Shown: in pieces, positions 18,427-27,541 of the stretch
Numbering within the stretch: the stretch's first letter is position 1
Layout of the letters: each line of letters opens with the position of its first letter
From: Nostoc punctiforme PCC 73102
Lineage (GTDB): Bacteria > Cyanobacteriota > Cyanobacteriia > Cyanobacteriales > Nostocaceae
NCBI RefSeq assembly: GCF_000020025.1
Contig: NC_010628.1
Coordinates: 1,590,001-1,622,000, forward strand
Length of the DNA: 32,000 nt
Direction of reading: 5' to 3'
Program-made: the position numbers and the translations under genes
The notes under the pieces: generated by a model
The model's input: only the letters and a program-made list of their open reading frames with translations
The model's database searches: none
What the model was told of the DNA's origin: nothing

Positions 18427-21400
18427 CTACGGCCTTGCAGCCAGCGCTCCTCCTAATGCAGAGAAAACGGCGGAGACGGATGCTGTGGCAAACAGCCACC
18501 ACGCTGCTGTTGCTGCGGCTTTGCGGGTTTCTTCAGCTTGTCGCTGTGCTTGATGCTTCACCTGTTCTAGGCGGCGTTGGGCTTCTTGCTGTATGCGTTC
18601 TGCACGTTGCAATACTGTGTTGCGGGCCCGTTCAATTTGGTCGATGATCCGGTTGGCATCTTCCTCAGAGATGTCCTCACGAGAACTCATAATTGCTACT
18701 AAGGTCTCACGATCAAAAGAAGATAAGCGATCGCGCAGGGCATCAAATCCTGCTTGAGGATCGTCAAAAAATGTGCGGACATCGCGCTTGATACTATCGT
18801 AATTTAGTTCCGGGCGATCCAGGGAGTTAAGATAGTTGCGGATGCGGGCAAAAATCCCATCAATTGCATCTTGAATGCCTCGTTGGATATTCCGCACTTG
18901 TTCTACAAATTGATCCCTGACGGAGACAATGTTATCGGCAATCCGTGCTGCTTCTTCATCAGACATATCTTCCCGAATCTTCAGCAGGGCGATGATTGTA
19001 GAACGGTCAAAATGGGAAAGGCGATCGCTAAAACTTTCTACCCCCACTCGTGGATCGTGCAAGAGTAGTTGTAAGTCGCGTTTGATACCTTCAGGATTGA
19101 GTTCTTCTTTACCAGTTTGGCGCAGATACTCTTCCAGATAAGCTTTAAATGTTTCTGCTCTTTGCTGTGTGCGGGTAGCTAAACGACGAGGCGCACGTAT
19201 AAAGTTACGAATCGAAGTTTGGGTGGAATCAATGATTTCATTGACTTGTTGTTCGCTCAAATCTTGACGTTGACTGAGCAACTTCACGAGTGTATCTCGG
19301 TCTAACTGCGACAATCGACGGCGCAGTGCGCTGGCCCCCTCTTTGGGATTTTCAAACAATTTGGTCAAATCTCGCTGAATACCTTCAGGATTGAGTTCTT
19401 GTTTACCAGTATTCCGCAGATAATCTGCGATCGTGGTCGTAACAGAGTCGTATTGCTCTTTGGCTTTATCCACTACAGCTTGGGGTGTGTGGCGAATGTT
19501 ATGCCATGACTCTTCAGCCGCATTGATGATTTGATTAACTTGATCTTCACTCAAATCTTGGCGCTGACTCAATAATTGCACCAAGGTATCGCGGTCAAAG
19601 CGAGACAACCGCGCCCGAATTGAACTAATTCCAGCTTGGGGATCTTCTAATAGCTTTTTAAACTCCGCACGGATGGCATCAGGATTCAGTTCTGATTTCC
19701 CGGTGTTACGCAGATATGATTCTACATTCAACCACAGAGTTTCTGCTTGATATTGTGCTTGTTCAGCTAATCCTTTGGATTCTATCAAGACGCGATCGCG
19801 TTGTTTTTCCAATTCATCCAGAATGCTGTCTACTTCATATAGCTGGATATCATTCCGTTCTAGCAATATCTCCCGGATTTCTTGACGTTCAATGTGCGCC
19901 AGTCGTAATGTCAGGGTTTCATAATCTGCATCTGGGTCTTGCAACAGTGGTTTAAAATTCCGCTCAATGCCTTCAGGTGTCAAATCTGTTTTCGGGGTAA
20001 CAAGCAGATAACTTTCTACTGCGCGTTGCAAGTCTTGGACTATTTCTCTTTCTTCGATACCTGTAACTGTCACCAGCACATCTTTGCGGACAACTTCTAG
20101 CCGATCTGCAATGCGCTGAATTTGGCTTTGGGTAAGTAGTCCTCGTTGTTGGAGAATTTTCACGAAATCGTTACGGGATAGTCGTTCTAGTTCTCTACGG
20201 ACTATTCCAGGATCGGCTGCTGGGTCGTAAATGACATCACGAAATTCTTGGGCAATTCTTTCTGGGCTTAGTTGCCAAGCATAAGTGTTGTACAGATAAT
20301 TTTCGACATCAGACCGAATTGGGCTATAGGGTTGTGATGGTGTTGGCAAACCTAGCTTATCTGCTTGTTGAGTGACTTTTTCTTTGGCTGTGGTAAGGCT
20401 ACCCAAGATTTTTTCCACATCCAAATCAGGCAAATCTGCCCGTCCTAACACAGTGGCGGTTAAGGCGGATAGTGCTTGCTGGATTGAACTTTGAATTGGC
20501 CCAGGGGCTGCCTTTTGATCGGATTCTTTGGAACCACGTGTTTCTGCAACTAACCGATCCAGCTTGGCGTTGAGTTCATCTGTCTTACTTTGTCCTGCTG
20601 GAACTGATTTTAGATAGTCCATTAACTCACCCAGACGGTCTTCGTTGGGTGATTGTTGACTCACTACTTGTTGCCAAACCTTATATAAAGTATCAGCAAT
20701 GCGGGTAACGTCTTTTTTGGAAAGGTCGGTGCGGCTGCTGACTAAATCGATAAATTTTTGGCGGTCAATGTTGCGAATATCTGGAGTCCCGGCGATCGCT
20801 TTTAATTGGGGATCGTTGAGTAAATTTTCAAAATCACTCCGAATTTTCGACACATCCAACTCTGGTGGACGCAGCTTATCTAAATAATCTTCTATGTTTT
20901 CCCGAATACTTCCAGGGTCGATGCCGCTTCCTAGTTCTCGACGAACGGCGGCGGCGGCGGCTTCAGCTGTTGCGACAACTTGATTATTGACAGCTTTCGC
21001 GCCTAGTGCGGCTGTAGCTGTACCCATAATCGCCTGGAACCCGGAAGTAGCCGTATTTACGACTGAGCCAATTAAGGAACCGACAGTAGTGGAACTTACC
21101 CAAACGAGGAGTAAAAAGTAAGCACCCCAAATTACCAAACCGAGGATTGCTCCCAATCCTGGATCTAAGATTACAAGGCTCAATTTAACTGCCAGGAAAC
21201 AGGCAATTAATAGAGCGATCGTTACAGTGACTAACGTCCAAATCCCTACTGCTGTGCCGATTTTGCGAATGCTACCGCCCAAACTTCCGACTTCCCCAGA
21301 ATCTGAATCCGAGTCAGATGAGTGCCCCAGATAGGAAATACCGGCTGCAAGGGAGAGATTAGTTAGAACTAATTGGAAAGCAAAGGCTAAGATCACGCCG

Positions 21401-21543
21401 GAGATTAAAGCCACAAAAAAGCGCGGCCCGGAAGTCAGAACCGATGCCTGTGCTGGCGTGACGTTTGAGGGATCTACTGGAACCTGTGCTAACCACAATA
21501 GTGGTTTGTAGAGTCCCAGCATGATTTCCGTACTTTGGAACAT
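18427..21543 (-). CDS. membrane-anchored protein with eight ~98-aa helical repeats (unknown function)
   Basis: AAGGA lies upstream of the ATG. Three to four N-terminal TM helices (aa ~40-165) and one C-terminal TM helix (WWLFATASVSAVFSALGGALA). The repeat anchors (D/S/N/E)YL fall at aa 220, 310, 416, 512, 610, 708, 806 and 904. The consensus is roughly YLRNTGKxELNPEGIxRDxxxLLxDPxxGxxxLRxRLSxFDRxTLVxLLSQRxDLSExQVNxII. Confidence 0.85.
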   Translation of the reverse strand: MFQSTEIMLGLYKPLLWLAQVPVDPSNVTPAQASVLTSGPRFFVALISGVILAFAFQLVLTNLSLAAGISYLGHSSDSDSDSGEVGSLGGSIRKIGTAVGIWTLVTVTIALLIACFLAVKLSLVILDPGLGAILGLVIWGAYFLLLVWVSSTTVGSLIGSVVNTATSGFQAIMGTATAALGAKAVNNQVVATAEAAAAAVRRELGSGIDPGSIRENIEDYLDKLRPPELDVSKIRSDFENLLNDPQLKAIAGTPDIRNIDRQKFIDLVSSRTDLSKKDVTRIADTLYKVWQQVVSQQSPNEDRLGELMDYLKSVPAGQSKTDELNAKLDRLVAETRGSKESDQKAAPGPIQSSIQQALSALTATVLGRADLPDLDVEKILGSLTTAKEKVTQQADKLGLPTPSQPYSPIRSDVENYLYNTYAWQLSPERIAQEFRDVIYDPAADPGIVRRELERLSRNDFVKILQQRGLLTQSQIQRIADRLEVVRKDVLVTVTGIEEREIVQDLQRAVESYLLVTPKTDLTPEGIERNFKPLLQDPDADYETLTLRLAHIERQEIREILLERNDIQLYEVDSILDELEKQRDRVLIESKGLAEQAQYQAETLWLNVESYLRNTGKSELNPDAIRAEFKKLLEDPQAGISSIRARLSRFDRDTLVQLLSQRQDLSEDQVNQIINAAEESWHNIRHTPQAVVDKAKEQYDSVTTTIADYLRNTGKQELNPEGIQRDLTKLFENPKEGASALRRRLSQLDRDTLVKLLSQRQDLSEQQVNEIIDSTQTSIRNFIRAPRRLATRTQQRAETFKAYLEEYLRQTGKEELNPEGIKRDLQLLLHDPRVGVESFSDRLSHFDRSTIIALLKIREDMSDEEAARIADNIVSVRDQFVEQVRNIQRGIQDAIDGIFARIRNYLNSLDRPELNYDSIKRDVRTFFDDPQAGFDALRDRLSSFDRETLVAIMSSREDISEEDANRIIDQIERARNTVLQRAERIQQEAQRRLEQVKHQAQRQAEETRKAAATAAWWLFATASVSAVFSALGGALAARP

Positions 21544-22017
21544 TGTATTTCCTTCTACTAAGTTTAAATTTGGGGAATTAAGATTTTCTTGAGAAGCAAC
21601 TCTTAGTATTTTTGTCTGTACCTATGGCAATACCTAACTGTTTAGTTCAGAATCGTAGAATTTAGCTGTTGAAAGCATCTCTCCAAAGGCTGAAAACTAT
21701 ATACAGCAAAAGATATAAATTTTATTATCTAACGGTAAAACTAGTTAAAAATTGGGTTAATTATTGGCCGCCACACTCTTAATTTTAACTGCTTAATCAA
21801 AATGATTTATTTTGCCAAAGCTATAGTTTGATTACTAGAACTTTACATTTATTTATAATTATTTTTTTATCACCCTCTCAGGGTGGATTTGTCTGCACTA
21901 ATATGTTGTTGAGTATCGTCCAGAAGAAGTGCCTGTAGTTTGTGCCTACAGGCAGAAAGCAATCTAGTTATAAATAGCTACATTAAAGTTAACAAATGAA
22001 TTGTTGATGACAACAAG

Positions 22018-22129
22018 ATGGCAACTCATTATTCCAGAGATTTGCCAATAGTTGCAAAAGAATAATTTGCTTTGGAATTTAGTCAGTTATAGTGTCCAGC
22101 GCGATGTTTTACATCTGATTGGCTGCTAG
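22018..22129 (+). pseudogene. internally deleted hli (high-light-inducible protein) copy
   Basis: ATGGCAACTCATTATTCCAGAGATTTGCCAATAGTTGCAAAAGAATAA parallels the 5' end of the hli genes (MATQETRSSTDLPPVAPEY). The next ~65 nt, ATTTGCTTTGGAATTTAGTCAGTTATAGTG...TTGGCTGCTAG, align with the hli 3' end (TATTTGCTTTGGGATTTAGCCGGTTATAGCG...TTGGCTACTAA). The central ~100 nt are missing. Confidence 0.6.
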
Positions 22130-22170
22130 AAATTAAACATCTAAAAAGCTAAGAAATTTTGGAGAAACAA

Positions 22171-22383
22171 ATGGCAACTCAAGAAACTCGGTCTTCTACT
22201 GATTTACCACCTGTTGCACCAGAATACAACGGTGTAGATCGCAACGCTTTTCTGTTTGGCTGGACTCCTCAAGCCGAAATTTGGAATGGTCGTTTGGCAG
22301 CAATTGGTTTTCTCGCCTATTTGCTTTGGGATTTAGCCGGTTATAGCGTTTTACGCGACGTACTGCACTTAGTTGGCTACTAA
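22171..22383 (+). CDS. hli: high-light-inducible protein (HLIP, one-helix CAB family)
   Basis: GGAGAA RBS before the ATG at 22171. Chlorophyll-binding helix motif: AEIWNGRLAAIGFLAYLLWD. Confidence 0.9.
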   Translation: MATQETRSSTDLPPVAPEYNGVDRNAFLFGWTPQAEIWNGRLAAIGFLAYLLWDLAGYSVLRDVLHLVGY

Positions 22384-22424
22384 AGATTGAACCTTTGAAA
22401 ACTTACTGGATATTGGAGAAAAAA

Positions 22425-22628
22425 ATGGAAACTCGATCTTCTACTGATTTACCACCTGTTGCTAAAGCTTACAATGGTGTAGACCGCAATGCTTTTTTGT
22501 TTGGTTGGACTCCCCAAGCTGAAATCTGGAACGGTCGTTTGGCAGCAATTGGTTTTCTCGGCTATTTGCTTTGGGATTTAGCTGGTTATAGTGTCTTACG
22601 CGATGTATTGCACATAATTAGCTATTAG
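22425..22628 (+). CDS. hli: high-light-inducible protein (HLIP), tandem paralog
   Basis: GGAGAAAAAA then ATG at 22425. Nearly identical to the upstream copy (AEIWNGRLAAIGFLGYLLWD). Confidence 0.9.
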   Translation: METRSSTDLPPVAKAYNGVDRNAFLFGWTPQAEIWNGRLAAIGFLGYLLWDLAGYSVLRDVLHIISY

Positions 22629-22684
22629 TAGCTACAGCTATATAAGACTTCTGCAAATAATAATCTAAACCCTAGTTTTCAAGT

Positions 22685-22708
22685 AGGGGCAATTCATGAA
22701 TTGCCCCT
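22685..22708. terminator. bidirectional hairpin between hli and the permease gene
   Basis: Perfect palindrome AGGGGCAATTCA/TGAATTGCCCCT, lying between convergent genes. Confidence 0.65.
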
Positions 22709-22716
22709 ATCTTTAT

Positions 22717-24054
22717 CTAAAGCAGAAAGCGAAACAACATATACAAAGCCGAAGCTAACAGTTGCAACAGCATCACTGGAATGCCGTAGTGAAGGAAAGT
22801 TTTAAAGGAGATGCGCCGTCCATGCTGCTCAGAAATACCGGCAGCGACGATATTAGATGATGCCCCTACTAATGTGCCATTACCTCCCAAAGTTGCACCA
22901 AACATCATGGCATAAAAAAGTGGTAATACTTCTGGGGGAAACTGCCCTTGAAAATCTTGTGCTAGAACTTCTGCGGGTGCTAATCCCACAGTTACAATAT
23001 ATTGTTTGAGTAAGGGAACCATCCCCACCACTAAAGGAATATTGGGGACTACGCTCGATAATATACCTACAAAAAATAATAAAACTAGGGAACCCAGGAT
23101 AATATTTTTTCCTAAAATTGCTGCTAATATTCCTGATAAACCATTAATTACACCTGTTTTTTCTAGCCCTCCAATTAACACAAAAATACTCATAAAAAAT
23201 ATTAATGTACTCCAGTCTACATCCCGCAAAATATTGTTAACTGAATCAATTTTGCTATGGTGAGATAACAGCAAAGCTAAAGCTGATCCTAACAAAGCTG
23301 CGGCAGCAGGCGAAACCGGAACTGGTAGAGTTTCTCCAACGACAAAAAATAGCAGGACGAAAAATACTATAACTGCACCAAAGCTTAAAGCTCGTGGATG
23401 ATTGATTTGTGGATGTGGCAGTTCTTCTAAATTATCTAACTGGGTATTCCAAATTTTACGAAATAAAAATGGTAGTGTTGCAATTACGATAGCAACGGCA
23501 ATTACCCCTCCTAAACTCAATTCCAATAAATAATCTGTAAAGCTGATATTCACAGCATCACCAACAATAAAGGTGGCTGGATCTCCAACTAAAGTTAGGA
23601 GTCCGGCACTATTAGCAACAAATACCATTAAAATTAACAAGGGAACAAAATTTATCCCCACTTCCTTTGCCATTGGTGGAATTAAAGGCGCTAACAACAT
23701 TACTGTTGTGGCATTTGGTAAAACTGCACAGATGGGTGTCACAATAGCCACAATACCGAGTAATAGACGCTTGCCTTGTCCCTTAGCGAGGAGTAATATT
23801 TGAGTTGCTAAATAATCAAATATCTTGGTAGGTTCAAAAGCTCGTACTAGCACCATAACTCCAAAGAATAAACCGAGTGTTCCATGACTGTTGCCGATGT
23901 AACCAACAGCTTCTTCTAAAGTCATGACGTTGGTAAAAACTAATAACAATGCTCCTAATAATGCCGCAATCGTAAGATGTATCCATTCTGTCATCACTAA
24001 GATAATGACACTTGTAAATGTAATTACACTAAGGATTGCTTGCCAGTTGTCCAC
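22717..24054 (-). CDS. ArsB/NhaD-superfamily (SLC13-like) anion/ion permease
   Basis: 445-aa polytopic membrane protein. The internally duplicated hydrophobic architecture and Pro/Gly-rich hairpin segments (VPNIPLVVGMVPLL, GATLGGNGTLVGASSNIV) are typical of this family. Confidence 0.8.
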   Translation of the reverse strand: MDNWQAILSVITFTSVIILVMTEWIHLTIAALLGALLLVFTNVMTLEEAVGYIGNSHGTLGLFFGVMVLVRAFEPTKIFDYLATQILLLAKGQGKRLLLGIVAIVTPICAVLPNATTVMLLAPLIPPMAKEVGINFVPLLILMVFVANSAGLLTLVGDPATFIVGDAVNISFTDYLLELSLGGVIAVAIVIATLPFLFRKIWNTQLDNLEELPHPQINHPRALSFGAVIVFFVLLFFVVGETLPVPVSPAAAALLGSALALLLSHHSKIDSVNNILRDVDWSTLIFFMSIFVLIGGLEKTGVINGLSGILAAILGKNIILGSLVLLFFVGILSSVVPNIPLVVGMVPLLKQYIVTVGLAPAEVLAQDFQGQFPPEVLPLFYAMMFGATLGGNGTLVGASSNIVAAGISEQHGRRISFKTFLHYGIPVMLLQLLASALYMLFRFLL

Positions 24055-24091
24055 ATCTTACTCCTGAAGTTTTATTTGTTGCAAATTAGCG

Positions 24092-24117
24092 AAAAAAGCC
24101 ACCTAGTTTTAGGTGAC
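24092..24117 (-). terminator. terminator after the usp-like gene
   Basis: Minus strand GUCACCUA-AAAC-UAGGUGGC followed by UUUUUU. Confidence 0.65.
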
Positions 24118-24166
24118 TTATCTATGATTACAATTGGATAAAAATTACTGAAATTTTAAACAGGGA

Positions 24167-24784
24167 TTATTCATCAATACAACTGGGAATACCCAAAACG
24201 GCGCAGGGAAAATTATAACCTAATGCTTCAATCATCGGATGATTAACAGAGTTGCAACCGAGGAATAAGATATCGGCAGCTTCTGATTCAACAACTTTTT
24301 TAAGTTCTGTAGAAATGCAGCCAAACCGTAAATGAGATTTGAAGCAACCTTGCCATTCTTCAGCCAGACTTCGGGCTTGCCAGAGAATTATATCTGCTTG
24401 TTGTAGGGGAGTTACCACTGTCTGCAATTTAGGTTGAGTTAATACCTGTGTCACAGACTTTGATACTTCACTGATTTGACATTCTAATGAAGGCTGTTGT
24501 GGAAAGCTCAAGATATTTGGATATTGACTGCTTTGATTGTCTTCTACCACATAAACAGCTTGAACTGTAACTTGTGCATTAGTAGCTAAACGCGTTTGAT
24601 GGGCAATCCAGAAAGCAATGTCTAGCGCCGCATGACTGTTAGGAGATGCGTCATAAGCAACAATTAAATTAACTGCTTTTGCTTTTTGAGGTTTTTTAGA
24701 GAAAGGTTTTTTTGGTTCTGGCACTAGTACCATTTGTTCAATTAAGTCATTTCGACCTGTGGCACTTTGCAGACGTGCTAACAT
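24167..24784 (-). CDS. universal stress protein (UspA)-like protein
   Basis: The track ORF extends to 24850, but the ATG at 24784 (MLARLQS...) is more plausible. Usp-like strands are present (NLIVAYDASPNSHAALDIA ... ADILFLGCNS). The assignment is weak. Confidence 0.6.
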   Translation of the reverse strand: MLARLQSATGRNDLIEQMVLVPEPKKPFSKKPQKAKAVNLIVAYDASPNSHAALDIAFWIAHQTRLATNAQVTVQAVYVVEDNQSSQYPNILSFPQQPSLECQISEVSKSVTQVLTQPKLQTVVTPLQQADIILWQARSLAEEWQGCFKSHLRFGCISTELKKVVESEAADILFLGCNSVNHPMIEALGYNFPCAVLGIPSCIDE

Positions 24785-25035
24785 TGGCTTGATTTGCACA
24801 GCTTTACTTCTCCCAATGAAATGAATTAGTAATGAGAAGCAGGGGGACAAATTTTAGATTTTGGACTTTCCTGCGGAACGCTACGCGTAGCTTGCTTCCC
24901 CGGAGGGGTACGGCTACGCTCAGTCGAACAATTTTGGATTTTAGATTGAGTGACGATAACCAAAATTGCAAATCTTAAATCAGTCCAGGAAACCCCAATA
25001 ATAACTGTATTACAGCCAAAGTCTTGGGGGTTCCT

Positions 25036-25153
25036 TCCATTGCCTACGGAGTTAGCTGACGGGCTAAGACTGGAAGGTGTCTCTCATAAGATTAGCCCCA
25101 AACATTGGTTCCTCCGTTCCAAATTCAGCTTTCATGAATTTGAATTAGGCTAC
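25036..25153. repeat. copy A of a ~120-nt dispersed structured element
   Basis: Shares CCAWTGCCTACGRAGTTAGCTGACGGGCTA, GCCCCA-N-TTGGTTCCTCCGYTCC and GAATTAGGCT blocks with 27542-27761. It has a hairpin AAATTCA/TGAATTT at 25121-25141. Confidence 0.7.
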
Positions 25154-25178
25154 CCACTAAAAAAAATGATAATCTAAT

Positions 25179-26018
25179 TTACTCGTCTTGGGCAAAATAT
25201 CGATCGAGGAAATTCAGAGCGTGATTGCGGAGTTCAAAATATTCTTTTGAGTTTCGCATGGCCGCGCGATCGCGTGGATGCTCAAAAGGAACTTCTAAAA
25301 TCTCTCCTATACTAGCAGATGGGCCATTGGTCATCAAGACGATGCGATCGGACATATAAATTGCTTCGTCTACATCGTGGGTAATCATCATCACTGCTTG
25401 ACGATTATTTTCCCAAATATCCAATACTTGCCGTTGCAATTTGCCACGAGTTAGCGCATCTAATGCCCCAAAAGGTTCATCCATCAGCAACATTTTGGGA
25501 CGAATTGCTAAAGCTCTGGCAATACCTACTCGTTGTTTCATACCTCCAGAGATTTCATCAGGATATTTGTCAGCCGCCGCCGTCAAGTTTACCATTGCCA
25601 AGTGTTCATTTACAATGCTAATTTTTTCAGCCCGATTAGCATTTTTTAGCACTTCATCCACAGCTAACCGGATATTTTCTCGCACGGTTAACCAAGGTAA
25701 CAATGAATAGTTCTGAAATACCATCATCCTTTCGGCTCCTGGCTGACGGATTTCTTTTCCATCAAGCCGAACTGAGCCGGAAGTGGCTTTTTCTAAACCA
25801 GCTACTATCTTTAATAGGGTTGATTTTCCACAACCAGAGTGACCAATTACAGAAATATATTCATCTTAATCAATCGTTAGATTAACTCCATCTAAAACGA
25901 CAAAGTTATCTTTATCAGGTGTCGGATAAGACTTGACTAAATTTTCAATTTCTAAAAATCCAGTGCGGGGAAGAACTCCGGTCTGGGTATTAATAGGTAA
26001 TGAGGTATATTCCATCAT
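25179..26018 (-). pseudogene. NrtD/CmpD-type ABC transporter ATPase gene with in-frame TAA at codon 51
   Basis: Reading the minus strand from ATGATG at 26018 gives MMEYTSLPINTQTGVLPRTGFLEIENLVKSYPTPDKDNFVVLDGVNLTID-stop-DEYISVIGHSGCGKSTLLKIVAGLEKATSGSVRLDGKEIRQPGAERMMVFQNY..., continuous with the 182-aa track ORF. The stop is TTA on the plus strand at 25866-25868, just before the Walker A motif. Confidence 0.85.
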
Positions 26019-26122
26019 CAAAGGCTCCCGAAATAATTTAGTCAATCAATTTTGGATTAACTGCGACTTGTACCGAAAATCTAAAATCTAAAATTGCCAG
26101 GGTCAATATTTAAACTTGGGAT

Positions 26123-27118
26123 TTAAGACATGAAAAAGTTAGTGGGAGCGTTAGCCCTGATAGCAAAACTATTCAGATAGCCCACAGGATCGCTGGGGTC
26201 GAAGCCTTTCTTATCTATAAATACTTCTGGTGGTTCGACCTTGTAATCATCCTTGGGGCACTGAATGCCCATTTCAGATGCTATTTCGCGGTATAAATCT
26301 GTTCTCCAGCCTTGTTGGGCTAGTTTGTCGGCATTTTTGGGAAATTCCTTAATTTGTCCCCACCGCGCTGCTTGTGTCATTAACCAGATACTTCGCGATC
26401 GCCATAAGAATGTTGAGTGTTCTCCTGGCTGTTTGGGAAGGTTGTCAGGAATATCGAAGAAAATCGTAGTATCAGCGGCTTTAATGGTGCGGTCTTTGCC
26501 ATCAAAGCCGCCATAATTGTAGTTTCCGAGAATTCCCGGACTGGTAAACTTCGCAATTGGCGCACCTTTCTTTTTGGGTCTTGCACCTGTAAAGGAACGT
26601 TCTGTAAGCAGTTCAGCAACTTCTTGGCGGTTTTCTGCTTTGCTGCAATATTGGCAAGCTTCAATCATCGCCTTGACTAGAGAACGATAGGTTTTGGGAT
26701 ATTTATCGATGAAAGATTCCATTACTCCCAATAAACGATCTGGGTGTCCCAACCAGACTTCTTTGCCTTGTGCAAAGGTAAAACCGATGTTTTCGTTACC
26801 TGTTATTGCCCTTGTATTCCAGGGTTCTGCAACCATGTAAGCTTGCATTGCACCAATCCGCACGTTTGTCACCATTTGGGGGGGCGGAACGATGATGACG
26901 CGGAACTCTTTAAGCGGATCGACTCCTGCGGCGGCGGATAAGTAACGGATAAAGTATTCGTAAATAGAGGAACTTAATACTACCGCCCAAACTTTGCCTT
27001 CTGGCGGCTGTTTGTCAAAGTAGCCTCGGAAATCGCGCCCAAAGGCTTCTAAAGCGCCATCGCCATATTTTTCTTGATACTCGTACCACGGACGTAGCCC
27101 AAAATCCCACAGGAATCG
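26123..27118 (-). pseudogene. 3' fragment encoding an NrtA-like solute-binding domain (as in the NrtC/CmpC C-terminus)
   Basis: The frame is open from 27118 (TAG TAG just upstream) through the 250-aa track ORF. The translation reads ...YFDKQPPEGKVWAVVLSSSIYEYFIRYLSAAAGVDPLKEFRVIIVPPPQMVTNVRIGAMQAYMVAEPWN...FDPSDPVGYLNSF. It lacks an ATPase domain, the first part of the binding domain, and any start context. Confidence 0.75.
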
Positions 27119-27434
27119 CTACTACCGCTCCTAACAAAAAACCCAGTAATACCCGGCGCAGACTTGCGATCAACAACCAACCAATTCCCAAGTTACCTGG
27201 GCCTCTTTGGTAGAAGGGATTTAACATGTAGTCTAGATTAGCAATGAGTGCTTCTGGTGGAGTGGGCATTAATTCATGGTTGGCAAGTGCAATAATCCAC
27301 CACAGCACAATTATTCCCAAGAAACCCAATACTGGTAGAATGAATACATCTCTGAGGATGACAGGTTTTGTCTTTTTCCACGCAGCTTGTGTTGCGATCG
27401 CTGCGATCGCAACCAAATTTAGTTGAAATATCAT
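27102..27434 (-). pseudogene. 5' third of an NrtB/CmpB-type ABC permease gene
   Basis: The first 111 codons look NrtB-like (LPVLGFLGIIVLWWIIALA...MPTPPEALIANLDYMLNPFYQRGPGNLGIGWLLIASLRRVLLGFLLGAVVAIPVGF). The frame then runs into unrelated residues and stops at 27015, while the NrtA-like frame (shifted by one nucleotide relative to the NrtB frame) takes over. Confidence 0.75.
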
Positions 27435-27541
27435 TTACGACCTCAACAGATTTAAGTGCAGGTACAAGAAATCCGAGCAGTACCAGCCTTGGACACCGAT
27501 GAGATCGGAACATTATAAAAATGCCGTCTCTTCAGTCTCCT

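Noticed and set aside
22104-22120. HLR1-like TTTACATC just upstream of the first intact hli gene
   Set aside because: It aligns with the 3' coding end of the hli genes (part of the deleted pseudogene copy), and there is no second half-site.
25036-25153. Whether the structured element is a known riboswitch (guanidine-I/ykkC, TPP, fluoride, glutamine, Moco), given the NitT/TauT-type transporter context
   Set aside because: I compared both strands by eye with the remembered consensus cores and found no match: CUAGGGUUCCG...GGUCCGAGAG...ACACGGCGGGAUAAAAGCCCGGGAGA for ykkC, and CUGAGA...ACCUGAUCUGGAUAAUGCCAGCGUAGGGAA for TPP. Only short chance similarities such as CGUAGG turned up. A covariance-model search is needed to be sure.
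24950-25177. 75-aa plus-strand ORF; also the short ORFs at 27274..27513, 27777..27968 and 25703..25885
   Set aside because: They overlap the repeat element, pseudogene antisense strands or AT-rich spacer. They have alternative starts and no RBS. The substitution pattern between the two element copies is not codon-like.
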